NCBI RefSeq assembly: GCF_009914755.1
Contig: NC_060926.1
Strand: one strand, 5' to 3'
DNA: 64,000 nucleotides
DNA from: the human T2T-CHM13v2.0 reference genome, Homo sapiens
Shown here: one piece after another, positions 54,510-64,000 of the stretch
How the letters are laid out: each line of letters starts with the position of its first letter
How positions within the stretch are numbered: the stretch's first letter is position 1
Translations under genes and position numbers: made by a program
Notes under the pieces: model-generated
Told to the model about the DNA's origin: nothing
The model's database searches: none
What the model saw: only the letters and a program-made list of their open reading frames with translations

Positions 54510-54934
54510 CTTCTACTTTGGATGGTTCCAGAAAAATTTGCGCGCCAATAGAAGTGCAGAGACCACCACTAGTGAAGTGAAAAATGACACAGGAAAGGAA
54601 AGGCAGCCAAAAAGTGGTGTGTTATCAAGCTTGCTATCACACATGGGAAACAGAACTTTAGCCTATAGGAAAACTGGGGGAAAGTACAAAACACACCTCA
54701 GGATTCTGCATGAGTGGCTAGGGACCTGGGACATTTTACATCAACTTCCAAGAATCACTGATTGAGGGCTCTTCTCAGGGGTGTTAATTTCTGGTGCTTA
54801 CGGCTTGCCAAACACCAGAGCAGCGTGGCCTTGTGCACTTCCAGATGTGGGTACCAGCAATTGCAAATCACCCAGAGCATCTTGAAATGGTAGAGTTTAA
54901 GGGATATGGATGGGGCACTGACAATATCCACTGT
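54510..54934 (-). mobile_element. ERVL LTR (LTR16-like)
   Basis: acaggaaaggaaaggcagccaaaaagtggtgtgttatcaagc...aaaacacacctcag...ggatatggatggggcactgacaatatcc. Confidence 0.7.
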
Positions 54935-55099
54935 GTTTACACTTTGAAGGATAAACATGTTGAACATCTTTGATTTCAACTAAATATTATAACTCAGTTC
55001 TGACTCAAATTCTGTTGTCTTCTCTGAGTAGTAACATTATACACAGCCAGGATTTTCTGTAAGTGATTTCTTAGATTGCTGTTTCATTGAATCTGTACT

Positions 55100-55370
55100 A
55101 AATTGTAATGATGAGAAAGAGTCTAGGTTTGGAGTCACTCAGGCTGAACTTTGAATATAAGCTCTCCTGCCTCTTACCTGTGGTCTTGGACAAGGTTTTG
55201 AGAGCTAGACATCTCAGTTTTTGTGTTTTGTTTTTTGTTTGTTTGTTTTGTTTTGTTTTTGCCTGTAAAATACGAATAATACTACCTTCCTCATAGCAAT
55301 TATTGTGATGAAGACATGGTATATTTAGAGTTTGAAACAGCAAGCCTTCACTAAATAGCAATCCAAAGGG
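55100..55370 (+). mobile_element. MIR with internal (GTTTT)n
   Basis: tttggagtcactcaggctg...cttacctgtggtcttggacaag...tctcagttt...ctgtaaaat...aataatactacct. Confidence 0.75.
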
Positions 55371-55469
55371 ATTCAGAGGTAATTTAGAATTTGCATTAGT
55401 GTAATCCTTACTGCTTTCCATAACTTTGATTGGCCCTGCTGACACTTCACAGATATGCCAATCTATTTG

Positions 55470-55958
55470 CCTAACTAGCTGTCTTCTGCTTGCCACTCTA
55501 GATTCACTCTTTGCCTTTCTTCCCCCTTCTCTGCACTCCTGGAAGCTGACCTGTGTCTCCTACTTCTGTGGGTTCTCAAGCCCCCCAGTTTCCTATTGGG
55601 CTGGCCAACAGGATGCAAGGGGAAGAAATCAGAGAACAGGAGGAAATGAGGTCAAGACATCTATTCACCCCATAACCTTCCTTTTGGGTCATCATATGTT
55701 GGCTGCGTGCCTCCATTAAAGGTCAAAGCTGTTGACAGGTGACTCTCTTCATATAGCCTCTATCTGGATTCCAATAACTTCTCAGTCCCATTGTTTTTCA
55801 AACCTGGGTGTGATAATGGCTTCCCAGTGTTTCTGTGCCCTATGGAACTCCACTATACTCTCTTGGTTTCCTAACCACATCTTCGTAAATAATCTCTCCC
55901 TAATTATTCCCAGTTTGAATGTGTCACCTTTTTCCCACCAGGATCTTCACTAAGATAT
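55470..55958 (+). mobile_element. ERVL solo LTR (LTR33-like)
   Basis: ctggaagctgacctgtgt...ttcctattgggctggccaa...gaaatgaggtcaag...cccagtttgaatgtgtca. Confidence 0.75.
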
Positions 55959-57208
55959 TCACAAACGGGCAGATTTCCTCATACCAGCCTCATAGGTATG
56001 ATAATAGGTTTGCCAGCAGGGAAAGGGACAGAAGTGCATGCTTCTGTACATGTAAATGTACAGAAAATGTAGACCAAGACAGCTATCATTAATTCCAGTG
56101 TATTTCAAGACACCACATGTAATGCATCAGGTACGCACATGCACACACACTCACACATACATGCACACTCAGAATCATGCTGGGAATGGAAAAAGTGTTG
56201 TATAAGAAGATGTCAAGATCAGCAGCTCTCAACTTTTTGCTGCTAAGAGATAGTCGAGTCTCCCATGAGTAACTGGCTTTCACTATGTCCATGATTTCCA
56301 AAAGTGGATTAGTAGTGTCTTAGAATTAATGGATCTTAAAGAGCGATTTTCAGAATTTTCCAGGAGATTCTCACATGGCTCTTATTGCAGGAACAGAATA
56401 AAAGAAAATGAATAACAGTACAAATATTTAGGGCTTTGGGGTCTTACATAACTGAACATAAATCCTAAATTAGCCACCCTTTTTAGCACTGTTCAGAGTG
56501 TTTTTCATCTGTAAAGTTAGAATATTGAAGCATTGTTATAAGAATAAAGAGATTTATGGGCATTATTTATTTTACACATATGTATTAACATAATGCATTT
56601 AAAATGGCATTTCCTAAATGCTTGCTGTATCACTGGAAGGCAGCTATCAACATTACCAGGATGTAGAAGCAGTGTATATGCAGAAGTGGAGGGTAGGGGG
56701 CTCCCTTTCATTCCATTCCAAGAAGCCTGGACTATGGGGAAATTTGGAGTGAGAGTATGAAAATGAAAACACAAAGGAGAAGGTCTGACATGCAGCAACA
56801 GAAGTGATCCTTCCAGACTTTGAAAATCTGTTATGAGGGACTTCTGATCCATTATCATTTTCTGCCTTCCTTAGATCAGTATTCCCTTTAGACAGTTCTT
56901 TTCAGTCCCCACTATTACTCAACAGCTCATGGTGATGCCCCTTATCCTGTGTAACCTTTGTGGCCTGTTATTGAGTGCCACACAGAAAAAGCAAGGAAAG
57001 ACCTTGCTGCTAACAGTGTCAATAGATTGAGCAGTCCTGTAACCCAGAGCTAAATCTCAGAAGAGGAAATGAGATGCTCAGATGATTTCTGCTGAGAAAC
57101 TGAACTCAAACACTTCCCACATTCCTGTATCAAATGCAATCTATAGCTCTATTGCTCAAAAAAATTGACTTTGTGGAATTGACAAATATATAATTACATA
57201 AAAACAGA

Positions 57209-57443
57209 AAAGCCTTCCAGCTTCAGTATTCTACAACTCTGTTTAACTAGTTCTTACCCTTCATGGGGCACAAAACGTTTAGAAATAAAGCCTTCCAGCT
57301 TCAGTATTCTACAACTCTGTTTAACTAGTTCTTACCCTTCATAGGGCACAAAACGTTTAGAAATAAAGCCTTCCAGCTTCAGTATTCTACAACTCTGTTT
57401 AACTAGTTCTTACCCTTCATAGGGCACAAAACGTTCAGAAATA
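57209..57443. repeat. Minisatellite, 3 x 78 bp
   Basis: Unit aaagccttccagcttcagtattctacaactctgtttaactagttcttacccttcat(g/a)gggcacaaaacgtt(t/c)agaaat; period 78 (ccttcc at 57213, 57291, 57369). Confidence 0.97.
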
Positions 57444-57739
57444 TCTAGCATCAAACCGACCCTAACTTGCAGCCCATCTCCTAACAGGCTTAAAGTACCT
57501 GAATATTTTCAATCTGTTAGCACATCAATGAAAAAAATTAATTGCTAAGGGCACTTCACTAGATACCTTTAATGTAGCAAATAAACCTCAGGCCTAGCCT
57601 TTGCTACTCATATCTAATTGAGGCATGACCTGCCATGTGTCAAGACACAGTTAGCAATGCACATGTGGTTACACACATCCAGATGAGGGAAGTAGCAGAG
57701 GGAAAAGTGGAGGCAGGTACTGTCCAGATACTAACTCAA

Positions 57740-57940
57740 AGGAAAAACCTACTCTTGACAGTCACTTTTGACATATTACTTTGTTAAACCCTCATAACAA
57801 TTTTGTGGGGCAGACATTATCATCTCTGCTTTACAGAAGTAAACCGAGGTTAAATAGAGGTAGCATATAACAAACCGGAATTCAATCCCAGATATCTTAG
57901 ATTGTAAAGCCTTTGTAATTTTAATCAGGTCATACTACAT
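57740..57940 (-). mobile_element. MIR fragment
   Basis: ccctcataacaattttgtggggcagacattatcatc...ttacagaagtaaaccgagg...ggaattcaatcccaga. Confidence 0.65.
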
Positions 57941-59802
57941 GTTCCCTTCCTAAGAGAACAGTTCTTAAAGGAGAGAATCAAGGCCCTAAAGAATAAAGAC
58001 AGTTTGCAGATAAATAAAGCATAGCTGTATAAAGTGGAAAGAAGAGCTAACAAGTAGAAAATAGTCCCCCTCATGTCAAGGTCCAACACATCTCAAGAAA
58101 GGAACTGTGCATCCTTCTATTTTCAAGTTCAGAATTAAGCAAGCACCAGAGTATATATCAGCATATACTCAGTATATATCAGCCAGAGACTGGCTGATTC
58201 AGAGTATTCTAAGAGACAGCCTGATGACAAACACACACCTGTTACAAAGAATGTCATCAGCAAAGAAAAAACCTGCAGGTTGGTTTAACATGAAGGTGGG
58301 ATTCTATTAGTGACCAAACAATGAGAATTCCTACAGAGATCCTGGAACAAAAGAGACTTCCAACATTTACCTTGCATCTCAGATTTCTTTTTTCAGAGAG
58401 CTCCAGGAAAAAAAAAAATGTTTAAATTAAGTTTGTTGCAGCTGCTCTGTCAGGAACTTACCAAGCGCTACAGCCATCGGAGCAATTAAAAAAAATTGCA
58501 CAGAAGGTAATTAAAAGCCTTACTGGTTCTTGCGATTAGACTGACATTTTAAATGCGTCTGGATGTTTTATTGTGCCAATAACCTATTTCCCTCGTCTCC
58601 AAGAGAAATACAACTGACATCAGTAATTTACCCAAATACTCTACAGGTAACGTGTGCCAAATACAAACCTGCACTAAATTAGGGCCAGAACTCTCCTCTG
58701 TGCATTCTGCCTGATACATCTTAACAGGAAAGCTGCTATTTGCAAATTCCTTCTAAATGTTTGTGTTTTTTGGTGTTCACTGTCCTCTTTGCTTGGCTCT
58801 GAGAAACAGCCTAAAGATGGTTCCTAGCTGGAATATACTAGAACTATGGGCAGGGCAATCTTTTCCAATTTCCACATGGTTATGCAAGAAAAAGGCCCTT
58901 GCTTGGGAGGACAGGGCCTCATTCTGTCATCATTCTTGACTGGTGATGATTATTGCAGAATGTGAATCCTTTAATAGGCTACTCCTGCCAAAGAAATTCT
59001 GCCTTCCTCCGGTCTCAGTCCTCAATTCAGGATTAGAACATGAGTTTGTTATTTTTACAATAACCTAAGGAAAATTTTGCCATATGATTGAATTTAAAAA
59101 GCTACCCTGGCTCAGAGGCTAGGAACTTGAAAACACATCCTAATAGGAAGCTTAGGAAGCTTAATTACTCTCAACTTTCTGTTCTTTCTTTTATGGAAGA
59201 ATTCCCAGTAGAGTTGTTGGGTCTACCGCATCAGGACAAACACAGAGAGAGATCTTTCCTCAGGGATGTAAAACCAAAAGACAGACAAACAAATAAAAAC
59301 AGAAAAGGAGATAGATGGAATTGAAGATAGCTAGATGTTTTCTTCATAACAAAATATTATGAGAAAATAAGAATTAAAGTCACCCTCAAAACTTCAAACC
59401 CAGGTAAAAAAAAAAGCTGCTCCAGTTTTTGGGAAATACTGAGAAACTGAATTCAGAGTTCAGTTTCTCAGGGAAATACTGAAGACTACAGGTGAAGTAA
59501 TTTGTAAGCAATTCTCTTCTAACTTTCTAGGAAAAACATTTTAATTTGCTCTCTTAATTTCTCCCTGTGTGATTTATTTTTTCTAGGATGTCGAGTAATC
59601 TATAACCACTATAAATGGTTCTCAGTTCTCCTGAGAACCATTTAAGCAGCCTTTTATACTGGTATCTAGTCATGTGATCCAGCTATTCTCAGTTCTTTCC
59701 AGAGCCCTGGCTCCCACTGTGTGTGAATGACAGGCATGGCCTGTCACATCTTCAATCCTTAGGGCTCACAGACCACGAGGCAGCAAGACTGAAGATTGTT
59801 GA

Positions 59803-60188
<386 letters not shown>

Positions 60189-61643
60189 AGGTTTTTTTTA
60201 AGGTTAAAATAAGATGATCAGATTTGATGAACCTAACAGAAAACTTCATACAAAGAAGGCATCAAGAAGGACAAAGTAGAAGATGTTCCAACCTATCAAA
60301 CAGGGATGTAGAGGACACAATGTGAGGATGTCACAATGGAGAAAAAGATGCAATAGGCAACAGGTACAAATTACTTTATGCCATTAAGAGTTACTGCACA
60401 GAGCAATCGATTCCCTAGCACTAGGGGGACAGCAACTCTGGCCTTTGAACCCACAATGCCAACAGTGATCAAAGTGAGGGGCCCATGGATCTATTGGGCA
60501 ACTTTTGTGCCACATACTTGAGTTTTTATTTGTATATTTTTAACATATTCTCACAACAGTCCTGGAGACTCTGGCCACTTACCTGCTTGCCCACCCAATG
60601 TATATCACTAGTAACACCTAAAGACCTTCTTAAGGCTCTAGTGAAACAAAGGTCACTTCCCCACAACTCACTTCCCAGGTGCTCCATGTATCTGCAGCCC
60701 CAAGCACTAGTCTACTCCCACAGAAATTTTGAAAGAGCATTGAGAGTATGAGTTCTTCATGCAGAAGTCAGTAACAAGGAAAGGTCATAAAATCTACTCC
60801 TCTAGAAAATTTTCAAAAGAGGATGAATTCCAATGGACCCGAGAGAGAGAGATGTGAGATCTTCTTTCGCTAAATAAAGTGGAAAAAAGAATAGAAATGA
60901 GTTTAATTCAGTGAAATATTCTTTAGGAGAACCATTAGGCCATTATGTTATTACTTTTTAAAAGTTGATTTAAGTGAAATTTTATTTTTTATTTGCTTAC
61001 TTTAGTGTTGTAAAAATATGAAAGTCATCTGAGCATAATGCAAGAAGAACAAACTGATTTCTCAACATACTGAATGGCCCAACAGTGACATAACATCTCA
61101 AAAAACGTTAATTGAGCTTACTTTATTATGCAGGTCAATAAGAGAAACTGATGGTACTTTCATCATGTCATCTTAAATTTAAACTAGTTCATTAAATCCT
61201 TTTTGTCGGGTGTGAAAACAGTCTCATGTAGAACATGTTTTACATGAAAAAGTAAACTTCACAAATGATAATTTACGTCAAAATTTCTAAAAGATTTGAT
61301 TTGCGTTATGTATATGGGGATGGTAAAAATGTGGTTGATCCCTTTAAATCCATTATGATAACAATGTCCAATATTACATTTCCAGGTATTTAATTTCAGG
61401 TATGTAAATTACCTATACATGCAAGCCTACAAGGCAATAAGAAATTCAGTTCCCCAAAAAGTCATTTTTAAAACAATTGCTAATAACTTTTAACAATGGG
61501 TAAGTAATACATGCATAAAATGTAATATGTGCTACAAATAGGGATGGATAGAATTCAGCCACACTGAGAAGGCCTGTCCTTTTTGCACCCAACCATCTGT
61601 ATTTCTGAAGTGAATTCAAAATTTGCAAATAAATAAATGTATC

Positions 61644-62155
61644 TATAGTAGTCGCGGTTCTCCAGAGAACAGAACCAATTGGGTGTGTGTATGTGTGTGT
61701 GTGTGTTTAATAAAGGAATTTATTATAAGGAATTGGTTTATGTGATGATGAAGGCTGACAAGTTGCAAGATCTGCAGTCAGCAAGCTGGAGACCAAAGAT
61801 AGCCCCGATGACGCAGTTTCAGTCCGAATGCCATTAGGCTCAGGACCAAGAAAGAACTAATGTTTCAGTTTGAGTTTAAAGGCAGAAGAAAATCAGTGTC
61901 CCAGTTCAAGGCATTCAGGCAAGAGAACTTCCCCCTTATGAGTGAGGGATAGGGATGGCTTTTTTGTTCTATTTAGGTCTTCATCTGATTGGATGAGGCT
62001 AACCCACATGAAGGAGGGCCATCTGCTTCATTCAGTCTACCAATTCAAATGTTAATCTCATCCAAAATGCCCTCACAGACACACCCAGAATAGTTTGACC
62101 AAATATCTGAGCACCCATGGCCCAGTGAAGTTGACAGATAAAATTAATAATTTCA
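61644..62155 (-). mobile_element. ERVL solo LTR (MLT2B-like) with (TG)n
   Basis: ggttctccagagaacagaaccaat...tttattataaggaattgg...caaatgttaatctcatccaaaa...cacagacacacccagaa...aagttgacagataaaattaa. Confidence 0.9.
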
Positions 62156-62870
<715 letters not shown>

Positions 62871-63019
62871 CCATGATTTAAATATTTTCAATTACATATA
62901 TCTTAATGGCCATGTTTCCGTTGGTAACTTTCAGCCCAGCCACGTGCACCACTCCATTCCTGGATGCACTTGCTCCCAGAGCATCTCTGAATGCATACCT
63001 CCTCTCTGCTCTCCATTTC

Positions 63020-63720
63020 CAGACAGCTAAGTTCTATTGACATTCAGTGTCTCAGGAACCTTCTCCTCCACCACCTCTGCCACCACCTTAGTTCATGCCC
63101 TAATTCTTTTTCTCTGCTTTTGCTGGATTCTATCCGTGCAATGCTCAAATGCTTCCTTCATTCAGCGTCCACAGTGATCAGCCTAAGGCACTATCGCCCG
63201 AAAGCTCCAACATGTTCTCATCACCAAGTGGGACTGCTTCATAAGACAGAAAGCCCTTTGTAACCATGCTTCTGCTGGCCTCAGCTCCTGCCACGTATTC
63301 CTACAGCCTTGCACTTCATCTAGAACCATTCTGAACTCTGTAATTTTCCTCTCATGGTGGCTTTTTTCTCCTTGGCACTTTTGCAAGTTCTGTTCCTTCT
63401 GCCTGGAATGCTCTTGTCATCCTCATTTCCCACACCTCTATCTTGTCTGCCTCACTAAATTCTATGCTTATCATCAACCTCCTTGTGAGTCTATCTCAGC
63501 TACCCCAAAGAGAGAATTAGGTATGTTTTTCCCAGTAATACCTCCCAATCTATGCATAATTTTATCACTGCAGAGGACAAAATATATTGCATCCATTTGT
63601 TTACATGTCTTTGTCTCCAACAAGATATAAACTCTCAGAGAACAGTGACTATACCTATCCAACAGAATTCATTGTATGCTGACATGCAGCATACAGCTAT
63701 TATATTACACATAGCAATAG
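63020..63720 (+). mobile_element. L2 fragment
   Basis: cttggcacttttgcaagttctgttccttctgcctggaatgctctt...tttacatgtctttgtctcc...agatataaactctcagagaacag. Confidence 0.7.
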
Positions 63721-63871
63721 ATATGATCTTCTGTAGATCTTCAAAATAATTCTAGCAAATTCGACATGAACATATTCTGTGACATTTGGTTAAAAAGTGA
63801 ATATTTAAATATAACAACTTTTTCTTGTTTTCTACTTCCAAATAGTTATCTTTTACAGATTTTTTCCTCAT

Positions 63872-64000
63872 TATAATATTGTGATATGAGAAATATATAG
63901 TTGGTCTTTGTCCCTGGTTTCTTGTAATTTCCTGTGATGGGGGTGAAAAGAGCATCTTTTGTTATTCACAATAAGACCTGATTTTAAACAGATCTGAGTT
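63872..64000 (+). mobile_element. MER21C-like LTR, 5' part (runs off the window)
   Basis: tgtgatatgagaaatatatagttggtctttgtccctggtttc...tcttttgttattcac...ctgagtt. Confidence 0.75.

Noticed and set aside
57209-57443. Regularly spaced repeats superficially like a CRISPR array
   Set aside because: Head-to-tail units with no unique spacers, no cas genes, and a primate context
57092-59471. 16-bp inverted match ctgagaaactgaactc (57092-57107) and gagttcagtttctcag (59456-59471)
   Set aside because: About one 16-mer match is expected by chance in 64 kb, and it does not extend

Overview
Primate, probably hominoid, AT-rich non-coding DNA (intergenic or deep intronic). I see no protein-coding exon, RNA gene, CpG island or CRISPR array. 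All informative ORFs in the track are L1, Alu, LTR, L2 or MIR debris. Roughly half the window is a layered record of transposable elements: L2, MIR, old L1M, MaLR/ERVL/ERV1 LTRs, Tigger, MADE1/2, Alus, and a near full-length L1PA16-like element nested in an L1M. The most notable structure is an L1PA4-like insertion (17052-18761). It combines a twin-priming 5' inversion with a ~124-bp 3' transduction, all inside a perfect 16-bp TSD. Other unusual items are a 29/30-bp direct 'doublet' 1.57 kb apart, a young 3x78-bp tandem repeat, and several perfect 13-15-bp hairpins, two with template-switch signatures. A perfect AGGTCA-N4-TGACCT palindrome sits inside a MADE2, and a few CpG-retaining unique segments are candidate regulatory elements. 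I do not see evidence for a new biological system. Subfamily names come from remembered consensus sequences, and boundaries without TSDs are approximate.
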